A stretch of DNA of 32,000 bases from Rhodoligotrophos ferricapiens (lineage in GTDB: Bacteria > Pseudomonadota > Alphaproteobacteria > Rhizobiales > Im1). Positions within the stretch are counted from its first letter, which is position 1, and every line of letters starts with the position of its first letter. Shown here piece after piece: positions 23,640 through 32,000 of this stretch. The notes below the pieces were generated by a model that was not told the DNA's origin, made no database searches, and worked only from the letters and a program-made list of their open reading frames with translations. The position numbers and the translations under genes were made by a program. The stretch lies in contig NZ_CP133319.1 in the NCBI RefSeq assembly GCF_038811545.1, forward strand, positions 1,795,516-1,827,515. The letters are read 5' to 3'.

Positions 23640-24526
23640 CAGACCCTCTCGATATGTTCGCGGCCGAACAGGCCATGCGGCTTGACCAGCAGCGTCAGCA
23701 GGATGATCACCGAGGCGACGATGTCGCGCGTGCCACCACCCACCAGCGGATCGAGAATGCCCGACGCGAGACTTTCGGCGACGCCCACGATCACCCCCGC
23801 GATCAACACGCCGGGAATGGAATCAAGCCCGCCGAGAATGGCAATCGCGAGCGCTTTGATCAGCAGCAGCGATAGCGACCAGTCGATACCCTGTGTCGCG
23901 CCCCACAGCACGCCGGCAACCGTCGCCATGACCGAGGAGAGTCCCCAGGCAATCGCGATCGCCCGCTCGACCCGGATGCCCACCGACCATGACGCCGTCT
24001 GGTCATCCGAAACGGCCCGCATCATCACACCCAGCTTCGAATTGAAGAAGACCAGCGCCACGCAGATCATGGCCAGCGAGATGGTGCCGCCGATGAGGAT
24101 CGACCGATTGATCAGGAAATCGCCGAGAAAGATCGGCGCGTTCGGAATGCCGAGATCGAGCCGTTTGACCGCCGAGCCGAAAATGCCCGGCAGCAGCCCG
24201 CGCAGCATGATCTCGAGCCCGAGGGTGAGCATGATCACCATGATCACCGGCTGCCCGATCATTCGCCTCAGCGCGAGCCGCTCGATCAGAGCGCCCACCA
24301 GGAACATCAGCACGATCGCGATGGGAATGGCGCCCCACACCGGCATGCCGAAATACGAAGCAACCGCCCAGGTGGCATAGCCCCCCATCATGGCGAGCGC
24401 TCCTTGCGCAAGATTGGCAAGCCCCGAAGTCTTGTAGATCAGCACGATGCCGACCGCGACCAGCGCATACATCAGGCCGACAAAGACGCCGTTGATGGCC
24501 AGTTCCGTAAGCAGGATGTAATCCAT
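23639..24526 (-). CDS. Liv-type ABC transporter permease (LivH-like)
   Basis: 295 aa. N-terminus LAINGVFVGLMYALVAVGIVLIYKTSGLANLAQGA is the typical LivH start. TGATG 1 nt overlap with the ligase gene. Confidence 0.85.
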   Translation of the reverse strand: MDYILLTELAINGVFVGLMYALVAVGIVLIYKTSGLANLAQGALAMMGGYATWAVASYFGMPVWGAIPIAIVLMFLVGALIERLALRRMIGQPVIMVIMLTLGLEIMLRGLLPGIFGSAVKRLDLGIPNAPIFLGDFLINRSILIGGTISLAMICVALVFFNSKLGVMMRAVSDDQTASWSVGIRVERAIAIAWGLSSVMATVAGVLWGATQGIDWSLSLLLIKALAIAILGGLDSIPGVLIAGVIVGVAESLASGILDPLVGGGTRDIVASVIILLTLLVKPHGLFGREHIERV

Positions 24527-26469
24527 CAGGCCGGCACCTCCTGAATGGCGAGGGTGCGGCGGATCACGCCCTTCTCCCCGCTTTCATACGTAATCTGCGC
24601 ATCGAAGGTCACTTCCCTTGCATCGGAATAGAGCGCATCGATCAGCGCCGCGTAGCGATCCTCGATCACCTTCCGGCGCAGCTTCCGCGTACGCGTGATC
24701 TCGCCGTCATCCGCATCGAAATCCTTATGCAGGTTGACGAAGCGCCGGATCCGCAGGCTCTCCGGCTGTGTCTTGTTCACCCGCCGAATGATACTGCCGA
24801 CGAGATCCCGCACCTCCGGCTTCTGCGAAAGATCCGCATAGGACGTATAGGAAATGGCGCGCTGCTCGGCCCAATGGCCGACCGCTTCGAAATCGATACA
24901 GATGATCGCGTTCAGCACCGGCCGCCCTGCCCCGATCACCGCCGCATTGCGCACGAACGAGCTGAATTTCAGCCGGTTCTCGATGAAATTCGGAATGAAC
25001 CGCTCGCCGGATGCGGTGCGCACCACCTCGCTCACCCGCCCCAGCACCACGAGATCGCCATCCGGTTCGATATGGCCGGCATCGCCCGTTTTGAGCCAGC
25101 CGTTTTCGAGAGCCTTGGCACTCTCGTCCGGTGCGTTGAAATAGCCATCGATCACCGAGCCGGACCGGATCAGGATTTCGCCGCTATCGTCGATCTTGAC
25201 CTCGACCCCCGGCATGATCGGCCCGACCGTATGCAGCTTGACCTGCCCCTCCGTCTGCGCCGCCGACAAGGCGCAGGTCTCCGTCTGCCCGTAGAACTGC
25301 TTGAGCTTGACGCCGATCGCGCGGAAAAACAGGAACGTATCTTCACCAATGGCCTCGCCGCCGGTGAAGGCGCGTTCGGCGCGCGACAAGCCGAGATGAT
25401 CCCGGATCGGCGCATAGATCAGCACATTGCCCGCCGCATCGACCACGCGCTCCCAGGCGCTGGGCTTCTCACCCGCAAGCCTCTTGCGCTCGAGCTCGAT
25501 CGCGCGCGGAATGAAATAGTTGAACAGCCCCCGCTTGAATGGCGTCGAATCTGCCATGCCCACTTGCACGCGCGTCAGCATATTGTCCCATGCCCGCGGT
25601 GCCGCGAGATAGAAGGTCGGCGCCACCTCGCGCAGATCGTGCAGAGCCGTCTCCTGGCGCTCCGGAATGCTGATCGTGGACGTGAGCACCACGCCTGCTC
25701 CCAGGCTGAACACGAAATCGCCAACCCAAGCGGTCGGCAGATAGGCGAACAGCTCCTCATGCGGCTTGAAATAGCCGCCCTTGGCCGCATTGCTGATCCC
25801 CGTGATCACGTTGCGATGGCGCAGCGGAATGCCCTTGGGCAGGCCCGTGGTCCCCGAGGAATGCAGCAGCACCGCGATATCGTCCGCTTGCGCCCGATCG
25901 ACGAGACCCTGTGCGAGGCTGGGCTCGCTGGCGAGCCGCTTTCGCCCGGCCTCGATCACTGCATCTGCTGAGACGATCCCGTCCACCTTATAGGCGCCGA
26001 TTCCGCGCACATCGTCATAGATGATGGTCCGCGGCCGGCCGGTGCGCTCGCGCAAGTCCAGCAGCTTATCGACTTGCTCCTGATCCTCCGCAACGGCGAC
26101 ATTCGGTGAGCCATTGCGCGTATAATCCACCAGCTCATCCACCGGAACATCGGGAAAGACCGGGGCGGGGAAGGCTCGCAGTGCCATGGCCGCTAGCATC
26201 GCATAATAGAGCCGCGCGCGGTTATCCCCCACCACCGTGACCGCCTCGCCGGGTCCAAGTCCGAGCCCTTCCATGCCCGCGGCAAAGCTCAAGACCTCGC
26301 CCAGAACATCGCGCCAGCTTGCCTCCTGCCAAACCCCGTAATCGCGCTCGCGAAAGCCGATCCGGTCAGCGTCCTCGATGGCGTTCCGGGCCAGAGCCGA
26401 AATCAAAGTTGCGGGAAGTCCATCCTCGCGCTTCGGCCAGGATGTGATCGCAAGCGGTGCGGCACTCAT
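24526..26469 (-). CDS. AMP-dependent synthetase/ligase (long-chain acyl-CoA ligase-like) embedded in the ABC operon
   Basis: 647 aa. Adenylation motif LLHSSGTTGLPKG, plus GQTET and GWLKTGD motifs of the ANL superfamily. Confidence 0.85.
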   Translation of the reverse strand: MSAAPLAITSWPKREDGLPATLISALARNAIEDADRIGFRERDYGVWQEASWRDVLGEVLSFAAGMEGLGLGPGEAVTVVGDNRARLYYAMLAAMALRAFPAPVFPDVPVDELVDYTRNGSPNVAVAEDQEQVDKLLDLRERTGRPRTIIYDDVRGIGAYKVDGIVSADAVIEAGRKRLASEPSLAQGLVDRAQADDIAVLLHSSGTTGLPKGIPLRHRNVITGISNAAKGGYFKPHEELFAYLPTAWVGDFVFSLGAGVVLTSTISIPERQETALHDLREVAPTFYLAAPRAWDNMLTRVQVGMADSTPFKRGLFNYFIPRAIELERKRLAGEKPSAWERVVDAAGNVLIYAPIRDHLGLSRAERAFTGGEAIGEDTFLFFRAIGVKLKQFYGQTETCALSAAQTEGQVKLHTVGPIMPGVEVKIDDSGEILIRSGSVIDGYFNAPDESAKALENGWLKTGDAGHIEPDGDLVVLGRVSEVVRTASGERFIPNFIENRLKFSSFVRNAAVIGAGRPVLNAIICIDFEAVGHWAEQRAISYTSYADLSQKPEVRDLVGSIIRRVNKTQPESLRIRRFVNLHKDFDADDGEITRTRKLRRKVIEDRYAALIDALYSDAREVTFDAQITYESGEKGVIRRTLAIQEVPA

Positions 26470-27281
26470 GCCGGAACCCTCACATGCCGCGCGGCCGCCT
26501 TGTCGCCGAGATAGGCCTGAACCACCTTGGGCTCCGAGATCGCCGCCAAGGGCTCGCCCTGCGCGATGATCTCCCCATAGCTCAAAACCGTGATGCGGTC
26601 GCAGATGGCGGTGACCACATCCATGTGATGCTCGATGATGAGGATCGAAACCTTCCGCTCGTCCCGCGCATCCAGAATGAACCGCGCGATATATTCCTTC
26701 TCCTCCTGGTTCATGCCCGCCATGGGCTCATCCAGAATCAGGAGCTTCGGCTCGGCCACCAGAGCGCGGGCAAGTTCCACCCGCTTCTGCAGCCCCATCG
26801 GAATGACCTCGACCGGTTCATCTCTGATGTCCTGCAGCTGCATGAAGTCGATGATCTCTTCGACCACCCGGCGATGCGCCAGCTCCTCCCGCTGCGCCCA
26901 CCACCAGTAGAACAGCGTGGGCAGCGCGCCGGGCCGCATATGCACATGTCGCCCGAGGAGAATATTGTCGAGCACGCTCATGCCGCGGAACAGGGCAAGG
27001 TTCTGGAAAGTGCGCGCCACCCCCTTGGCTGCGATCTGATGCGGCTTGAGCTGGGTCACGTCCTCGCCGAACAGGACCACCTTGCCCGCATTGGGCGGAT
27101 AAAACCCGGTGATGACATTGACCATGGTGGTTTTGCCGGAGCCGTTTGGGCCGACAAGGCCGAAGATCTCGCCGTCATTGACGTGGACATCCACGCCCTT
27201 GAGCGCTCTCAATCCGCCGAAACTGCGCTCGATGCCTCGGCAATCAAGCACGGTTCTGCCTCTGCTCACCGGACCAGCCAT
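26466..27281 (-). CDS. Liv-type ABC transporter ATP-binding protein (LivG-like)
   Basis: Walker A GPNGSGKTT, Walker B LLILDEPMAGMN, and the LivG-type insertion. 4 nt overlap with the ligase gene. Confidence 0.85.
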   Translation of the reverse strand: MAGPVSRGRTVLDCRGIERSFGGLRALKGVDVHVNDGEIFGLVGPNGSGKTTMVNVITGFYPPNAGKVVLFGEDVTQLKPHQIAAKGVARTFQNLALFRGMSVLDNILLGRHVHMRPGALPTLFYWWWAQREELAHRRVVEEIIDFMQLQDIRDEPVEVIPMGLQKRVELARALVAEPKLLILDEPMAGMNQEEKEYIARFILDARDERKVSILIIEHHMDVVTAICDRITVLSYGEIIAQGEPLAAISEPKVVQAYLGDKAAARHVRVPA

Positions 27282-27546
27282 GCGCCCTCCGGCTGTAAAG
27301 GCGGGAAGGTCAGATGCTCCGGTTTAACCGTCCGACCGATCCTTTGGTAAAACGAATTCAGCAAGGGGCGGCGGGAATGCCCACACGCGAGGAGGCCCGG
27401 AACCTGTGCCGATCTTTCACCATAAAATTTGGAGAATTCTTGGCCGCGCGCAATCATGACGCACTGCCGTCACGGCGGCTCCTCGGCACCTCACCCATGC
27501 ATCCCTCCATGCCGCAATCTTATTATGCGTGCTGCAGCATGGGCTT

Positions 27547-27575
27547 ATTGAATACGCTTCACTAAGAGCTGTCAA
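27547..27575 (-). promoter_or_regulatory. Candidate sigma70 promoter TTGACA-N17-TTCAAT for the ABC/acyl-CoA-ligase operon
   Basis: Minus strand reads TTGACA (27575..27570), a 17 nt spacer, then TTCAAT (27552..27547). It would give a leader of about 260 nt before ATG 27281. Hexamer matching only. Confidence 0.3.
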
Positions 27576-27603
27576 CTCATCCGATGGTAGGGAACCGCGC
27601 CGG

Positions 27604-28797
27604 TCAGGCGCAGAGAGCCCGCATTTCTCGGGCGATCATCCACTCCTCATCCGTGGGGATGACAAACACCGAAACCGGCATCCGCCTGCTATCGATCCGC
27701 GTGGCGTTTCGCGCATTCTCTCGCGGGTCGATTTCAACCCCGAGCCAGGCGAGCGCCATGCAGGCACCGGCCCTGATCTGCGGCTGATTTTCGCCAATGC
27801 CGGCCGTGAACACCACCGCATCAAGCCCGCCAATGCTGTTGGCAAGTACTGCCGTCTGGCGGGCAATATGAAAACAGAACAGATCGATCGCCTCCCGCGC
27901 CTGACGAGCCTCCGGTCCCCTATCTCGCGATCTCTCCACGAGCACGCGCGTATCTCCGCTGAGCCCTGAAACCCCGAGCAGGCCCGACCTGTGATAAAGT
28001 AGATCCTCAATCGCATCAGCATCGAGCCCGCGCTGCTGCAGAAGATGGAGGATGACGCCTGGATCGAGCGCCCCGCAGCGGCTGCTCATGGGCAGGCCAT
28101 CGAGTGTCGAAAACCCCATGGTCGTGTCAACGCTGAGGCCGCCCTTGAGGCCGCAGAGGCTCGCCCCGCTGCCGAGATGCGCGATAACCACCCGGCCCTT
28201 GGCCACATCCGGTGCAATCTCCTGAAGCCGCCCTGCGATATAGGCATAGGAGAGGCCATGAAACCCGTAGCGCTGCACGCCCTCGTCATGCAGCGCGCGC
28301 GGGATGGCAAACCGCCGCGCGATCTCGCTTTGCGTGCGATGGAAGGCTGTGTCGAAAGAGGCGATCTGCGCAAGCTCAGGCCGGATCTCCGCCACCGCCT
28401 TGATGAGGGCGACGCTTTGCGGCTGGTGCAATGGTGCGAGCGGCACCAGCGCCTCGATGTCGGCCAGCGTCTCCCTCGTAATCCGCGCTGGACCCGTGAA
28501 CCGCCGCCCGCCATGCACAACCCTGTGGCCGATCGCGGCGATCTGCCCTCCGGCGGGCAGGGCTTCGCAGATCTCAAGCACCTCTCGCATGATCCCCGCG
28601 AGATCCTCACGCGACCCCTGCTTGACCGGATAAGCCTCTTGGCCCTGGGGTCCGCTCACGCTAAGCCGCGGCGGCTGTTCGGAAAAATCGATTTTGGCGC
28701 GAAACGCGGCGGGGCCCTCCGGCTGCTCCCAGGGGAAGCCCGCGAATTTTATGGTTGATGAGCCCGGATTGACGGTGAGCGCGAGAGTTGATGCCAT
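27604..28797 (-). CDS. ackA: Acetate (propionate) kinase
   Basis: 397 aa. N-terminal LTVNPGSSTIKF signature, plus HRVVHGG, AFDTAFH, YGFHGLSY and VIAHLGSGAS motifs of the acetate kinase family. Confidence 0.9.
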   Translation of the reverse strand: MASTLALTVNPGSSTIKFAGFPWEQPEGPAAFRAKIDFSEQPPRLSVSGPQGQEAYPVKQGSREDLAGIMREVLEICEALPAGGQIAAIGHRVVHGGRRFTGPARITRETLADIEALVPLAPLHQPQSVALIKAVAEIRPELAQIASFDTAFHRTQSEIARRFAIPRALHDEGVQRYGFHGLSYAYIAGRLQEIAPDVAKGRVVIAHLGSGASLCGLKGGLSVDTTMGFSTLDGLPMSSRCGALDPGVILHLLQQRGLDADAIEDLLYHRSGLLGVSGLSGDTRVLVERSRDRGPEARQAREAIDLFCFHIARQTAVLANSIGGLDAVVFTAGIGENQPQIRAGACMALAWLGVEIDPRENARNATRIDSRRMPVSVFVIPTDEEWMIAREMRALCA

Positions 28798-28896
28798 ATC
28801 CGAAGCCTTGCCGATCGCCTAAGCAGCAAAGGTTAGCAGACCACGAGCCGCAGGATTGCGCTATAGAGAACCATGCACAGGTAAGAAGGCTGGTCC

Positions 28897-30492
28897 ATGC
28901 AGTATCTTTTTCAACCGCGTTATGCGTCGCGCCGTTCCCCCGTCTTTGCGAGGAACATGGTCGCAACGTCCCATCCCCTCGCCACCCAGGCCGGTCTGGC
29001 CATGTTGGCACGCGGCGGCAACGCCGTGGACGCGGCGCTCGCAACCGCCATTGCCCTGGTGGTGGTTGAGCCCACGGGAAACGGCCTGGGCTCGGATGCC
29101 TTCGCCATTTTGTGGGACGGCAAGGAGTTGCACGGGCTGAACGCATCCGGCCGTTCTCCGCGAGCATGGACGTCAGAGCGTTTCCAGGGCCATGACAAGA
29201 TGCCATTCCGCGGTTGGGAGAGTGTGACAGTCCCGGGAGCGGTATCCGCCTGGGTCGATCTCTCGGCGCGCTTCGGCAAGCTGCCCTTCGCCGATCTCTT
29301 CAAGCCCGCGATACGCTATGCCGAAGAGGGCTTCCTCGTCACCCCCGTCATTGCTGAGCAATGGCGTCGCGCCGTTGAGGAACTGAGCGACCAGCCCGGA
29401 TTTCAGGAGGCCTTCACCGTGGACGGCGGCCGCAGCCCTCGCGCCGGCGAGCGCTTCGTGAATCCACATTTGGCGGCAAGCCTGCGGGAGATCGCCGAAA
29501 CCAGAGGTGAGTCCTTCTATCGCGGCCGTCTGGCAGAGCGCATTGCGGAGTTCGCCCGTGCCCACGATGCGGCCCTTGCGCTCGATGATCTCGCCGCCCA
29601 CGCCAACGACTGGTGCGGCACCCTCTCCCAGAGCTTCGGCGATATCGCCCTTCACGAGATCCCGCCGAACGGCCAGGGCATCGCAGCACTGATGGCCTTA
29701 GGCATCCTCCGAGAACTGGACATCGGTGAGTGCAAGGTGGACAGCGTTGATGCCTATCACCTGCAGATAGAGGCCATGAAGCTCGCAACCGCCGATCTTC
29801 ACGCCTATGTCGCCGACCACCGCTTCATGACCGCCATGGCGGCAGAACATCTGCTCGACCCAGACTATCTGAAGTCGCGCGCCGCATTGATTGATCACCG
29901 CCGCGCCCAGAATTTCGGCCCAGGCGCCCCGCGCCACGGAGGCACCGTATGCCTGGCTGCAGCCGATGCCTCAGGCATGATGGTCTCCTATATCCAGTCC
30001 AACTATGCGGGCTTCGGCTCGGGCGTGGTGGTGCCGCAAACCGGTATCAGCCTGCAGAACCGCGGCGCCGGTTTCACGCTCAAGCAGGGCCATCCCAATG
30101 AAGTCGGGCCGGCCAAGCGTCCGTTCCACACCATCATTCCGGGCTTTGTCATGCGAAGGAGCGAGCCGCTCACGGCCTTCGGCCTGATGGGCGGTCCGAT
30201 GCAGGCGCAAGGTCACGTTCAGATGGTGTTGCGAATGAATGCCTGGGGCCAGGATCCGCAGACGGCATCTGATGCGACCCGTTGGCGCATTCTCCAGGAG
30301 CGTGCGGTCGCGATCGAGCCGACAGCCGGCGAAGCGCTCCTCCGCGAGCTGGCCGAACGTGGCCATGAGGTGATCGCGGAAACCCCGGATGCGAGCTTCG
30401 GCTTTGGCGGCAGCCAGATCGTTCATCGCATCGAGGGCGGCTATGTCGCCGGCTCCGATCCTAGAAAGGACGGTCAAGCCGCAGGGTTCTGA
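28897..30492 (+). CDS. Gamma-glutamyltransferase-family (Ntn-hydrolase) protein without a signal peptide
   Basis: 531 aa. VATSHPLATQAGLAMLARGGNAVDAALATAIAL. Probable autoprocessing/nucleophile Thr in HGGTVCLAAAD. MGGPMQAQG near the C-terminus. AAGAAGG SD upstream. No hydrophobic N-terminal leader. Confidence 0.83.
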   Translation: MQYLFQPRYASRRSPVFARNMVATSHPLATQAGLAMLARGGNAVDAALATAIALVVVEPTGNGLGSDAFAILWDGKELHGLNASGRSPRAWTSERFQGHDKMPFRGWESVTVPGAVSAWVDLSARFGKLPFADLFKPAIRYAEEGFLVTPVIAEQWRRAVEELSDQPGFQEAFTVDGGRSPRAGERFVNPHLAASLREIAETRGESFYRGRLAERIAEFARAHDAALALDDLAAHANDWCGTLSQSFGDIALHEIPPNGQGIAALMALGILRELDIGECKVDSVDAYHLQIEAMKLATADLHAYVADHRFMTAMAAEHLLDPDYLKSRAALIDHRRAQNFGPGAPRHGGTVCLAAADASGMMVSYIQSNYAGFGSGVVVPQTGISLQNRGAGFTLKQGHPNEVGPAKRPFHTIIPGFVMRRSEPLTAFGLMGGPMQAQGHVQMVLRMNAWGQDPQTASDATRWRILQERAVAIEPTAGEALLRELAERGHEVIAETPDASFGFGGSQIVHRIEGGYVAGSDPRKDGQAAGF

Positions 30493-30593
30493 TCAGCCAA
30501 GCGGGAAGACCAGGATCGCGGCATCATATCGGCCGTGATAAGCTCGCGCGGTGGCACTCGCGCGCCAGAAAACCAAAACGAGGGAGGCTCGCA

Positions 30594-31001
30594 ATGACAT
30601 CTCCACTGAAGCTCGGCTACAAGGCGCTTCTCGCCGATGCGGAGAAGGAGGTCCAGAGTGTAGAGGCTGCTGAGGCGGTGCAGCTCGCGCAGAACGGCGA
30701 TGTCGTCATTGTGGACATTCGCGACCCGCGCGAGCTCGAGCGCGAAGGGCGGATCCCCGGCTCGTTCCATGCGCCGCGGGGCATGCTCGAATTCTGGGTC
30801 GATCCGGAGAGCCCCTACTTCAAGCCCGTCTTCGGCGAAGACAAGACATTCATCCTGCACTGCGCCAGCGGCTGGCGCTCGCTGCTGGCAGCCCAGCAGC
30901 TGCAGCGCATGGGATTGCCCAAAGTTGTCAATATGAAGGGCGGCTTTTCCGGATGGAAGCAGGCCGGCGGCCCGGTTGAGGCCTGGGGCAAGAAGGACTG
31001 A
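30594..31001 (+). CDS. Single-domain rhodanese-like sulfurtransferase
   Basis: 135 aa. Active-site loop CASGWRS. Strong GAGGGAGG SD upstream. Confidence 0.8.
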   Translation: MTSPLKLGYKALLADAEKEVQSVEAAEAVQLAQNGDVVIVDIRDPRELEREGRIPGSFHAPRGMLEFWVDPESPYFKPVFGEDKTFILHCASGWRSLLAAQQLQRMGLPKVVNMKGGFSGWKQAGGPVEAWGKKD

Positions 31002-31027
31002 CGTCATGCCGCGGCAAACCGGCCGGA

Positions 31028-31885
31028 TCACACCAGATTGGGTTTGTCGTCCTGCCGTTGGTCCAATTGGCCCGAAACACCAAGACCGAGGCTGATCAGC
31101 TTGCGCCATGCCTCTTCCGCATCATCCGCGAACTCGAACAGCCGGGTGTCGTGAGGGGCAATCATGCCCTGCTCGATCAGCGCCTCAAAATTGATCACGG
31201 ACGTCCAATAGGCCTTGTCAAACAGGATGGTCGGGATGGCAGGTGCTTTCCCGGTCTGAGTGAGTGTCAGGATCTCGAACAGCTCATCCAGCGTGCCAAA
31301 CCCGCCTGGGAACACGACCAGTGCCTTGGCGCGCATCGCCAGATGCATCTTGCGCATGGCGAAATAGTGAAACCGGAACGTGAGATCCGGTGTGGAATAG
31401 GCATTTGGCTCCTGCTCGTGCGGCAGCGTGATATTGAACCCGATCGACGGCGCACCGGCCTCCATCGCGCCGCGATTGGCCGCTTCCATCACACCGGGGC
31501 CGCCGCCAGTAGCGATAACGTTATACCGCGCGCCTTCCTCATCACAGAGGGCACCACCCCGTTTGGATGCGATATAACCGAACTGCCGCGCCTGCTCGTA
31601 CCAGTACGCTTGCGGGCCAGGTCCATTTTCCCTTACGCGCGCGCTGCCGAACACGACGATTGTCGATCGGACGCTCCAATTGCGCAGGGCTTCCTCGGCC
31701 TTGGCATATTCCAGCAGGAACCGCACGCCCCGCATGGAATCGCCGAGCAGGAAGTCCGAGTCCAATGCTGCAAGCCGGTATGATGCGGCATGAACCTGCG
31801 CCTCATTGGCACGCGCATGCGCTTCGCTCTTGGACAACGGCGTCGGGCCGGATGGCTGATCCACCGTTGAATTCTTGTCGGTCAT
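31028..31885 (-). CDS. LOG-family / TIGR00730-type Rossmann-fold nucleotide-binding protein (nucleotide 5'-monophosphate nucleosidase-like)
   Basis: 285 aa. GGGPGVMEAANRGA and the PGGFGTLDELFE motif are diagnostic of the LOG family. Confidence 0.8.
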   Translation of the reverse strand: MTDKNSTVDQPSGPTPLSKSEAHARANEAQVHAASYRLAALDSDFLLGDSMRGVRFLLEYAKAEEALRNWSVRSTIVVFGSARVRENGPGPQAYWYEQARQFGYIASKRGGALCDEEGARYNVIATGGGPGVMEAANRGAMEAGAPSIGFNITLPHEQEPNAYSTPDLTFRFHYFAMRKMHLAMRAKALVVFPGGFGTLDELFEILTLTQTGKAPAIPTILFDKAYWTSVINFEALIEQGMIAPHDTRLFEFADDAEEAWRKLISLGLGVSGQLDQRQDDKPNLV

Positions 31886-31921
31886 GGAGTCGCCGCGCCT
31901 CTTGCAGGCTGCCCCGAAGGA

Positions 31922-32000
31922 TCAGCCCGCATTCGCCTCGAGTTCGGAATCGCCACGAGCCTCGGTCTCGGCGGCATCGGATGCAGCCCGGCTGCGGGTG
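31922..32000 (-). CDS. Possible 3' end of an unidentified gene truncated by the window edge
   Basis: My minus-strand translation ...TRSRAASDAAETEARGDSELEANAG* is open to the window end, with mostly G/C third positions. Too short to assign. Confidence 0.25.
   Translation of the reverse strand, partial: TRSRAASDAAETEARGDSELEANAG

Noticed and set aside
25064-25070. GGTTCGA string reminiscent of a tRNA T-arm.
   Set aside because: It is embedded in the acyl-CoA ligase coding sequence, with no flanking acceptor or anticodon arm complementarity.
27530-27539. 10 bp palindrome TGCTGCAGCA, considered as an operator site.
   Set aside because: It is short, occurs only once in the region and contains a common GC-rich palindromic core. 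On its own it is insufficient evidence, so it is mentioned only as part of the leader finding.
27314-27565. 83 aa + strand ORF, and the 63 aa minus-strand ORF 27266..27457, inside the ackA/ABC intergenic region.
   Set aside because: Third-codon-position GC is visibly much lower and more mixed than in the flanking real genes. There is no SD and no family resemblance. The region is treated as non-coding leader/promoter DNA.
30543-30564. CTCGCGCG-gtggca-CTCGCGCG direct repeat / CGCGCG palindromic stem between the GGT-family and rhodanese genes, considered as a terminator.
   Set aside because: It is followed by an A-rich rather than T-rich tract on the + strand. The 6 bp all-GC palindrome is expected by chance in GC-rich DNA.
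1-32000. Scan for CRISPR arrays, IS elements with terminal inverted repeats, integrases, toxin-antitoxin pairs, defence-system genes, and rRNA/tRNA genes.
   Set aside because: I saw no repeat-spacer periodicity, no transposase-, integrase- or phage-like ORFs, and no structured RNA genes. Essentially all large ORFs are accounted for by metabolic, transport or envelope functions.

Overview
GC-rich bacterial chromosome segment that looks like an alphaproteobacterial serine-cycle methylotroph or methanotroph. All functional calls come from by-eye motif and family recognition; no searches were run.

Layout:
- About 1-13.9 kb: a tetrahydromethanopterin (H4MPT)/methylofuran-linked formaldehyde-oxidation and cofactor-biosynthesis island.
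  - Plus-strand operon: mptG, mtdB, ATP-grasp, mch, RimK-like ligase, CitG-like, then a gap, then fae.
  - Minus-strand operon: hydantoinase-like, MfnB::FolB fusion, amino-acid-kinase-like, AfpA-type flavoprotein, DHPS-like, DUF447. An ArsR-type regulator follows.
  - The island is flanked by a PCD-like gene cut by the left edge and by a divergent HisA/HisF-like gene.
  - Genes are tightly translationally coupled, with 1-8 nt start/stop overlaps.
  - fhcABCD and a DmrA-type reductase are not in this window.
- 13.9-16.4 kb: malyl-CoA lyase and a YhfW-like FAD/Rieske fusion oxidoreductase.
- 16.5-20.2 kb: an uncharacterised envelope neighbourhood. It holds a DUF3750 protein, a DUF2157 polytopic membrane protein ATGA-coupled to a GDYXXLXY protein, and a SleB-type lipoprotein.
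- 20.4-27.3 kb: a six-gene Liv-type ABC importer operon with an embedded acyl-CoA ligase.
- 27.6-32 kb: ackA, a signal-less GGT-family protein, a rhodanese, a LOG-family protein and a partial ORF.

I recognised no rRNA, tRNA, CRISPR array, IS/transposase/integrase, phage or defence genes.

I found no clear-cut novel system. The items most worth follow-up are:
- the MfnB::FolB fusion;
- the island genes that have no assigned reaction (CitG-like, HisA-like, DUF447, AfpA-like, two ATP-grasp ligases);
- the Cys-bearing ArsR-type regulator;
- the DUF3750 / DUF2157-GDYXXLXY envelope module;
- the FAD-Rieske gene with a Shine-Dalgarno-occluding hairpin.
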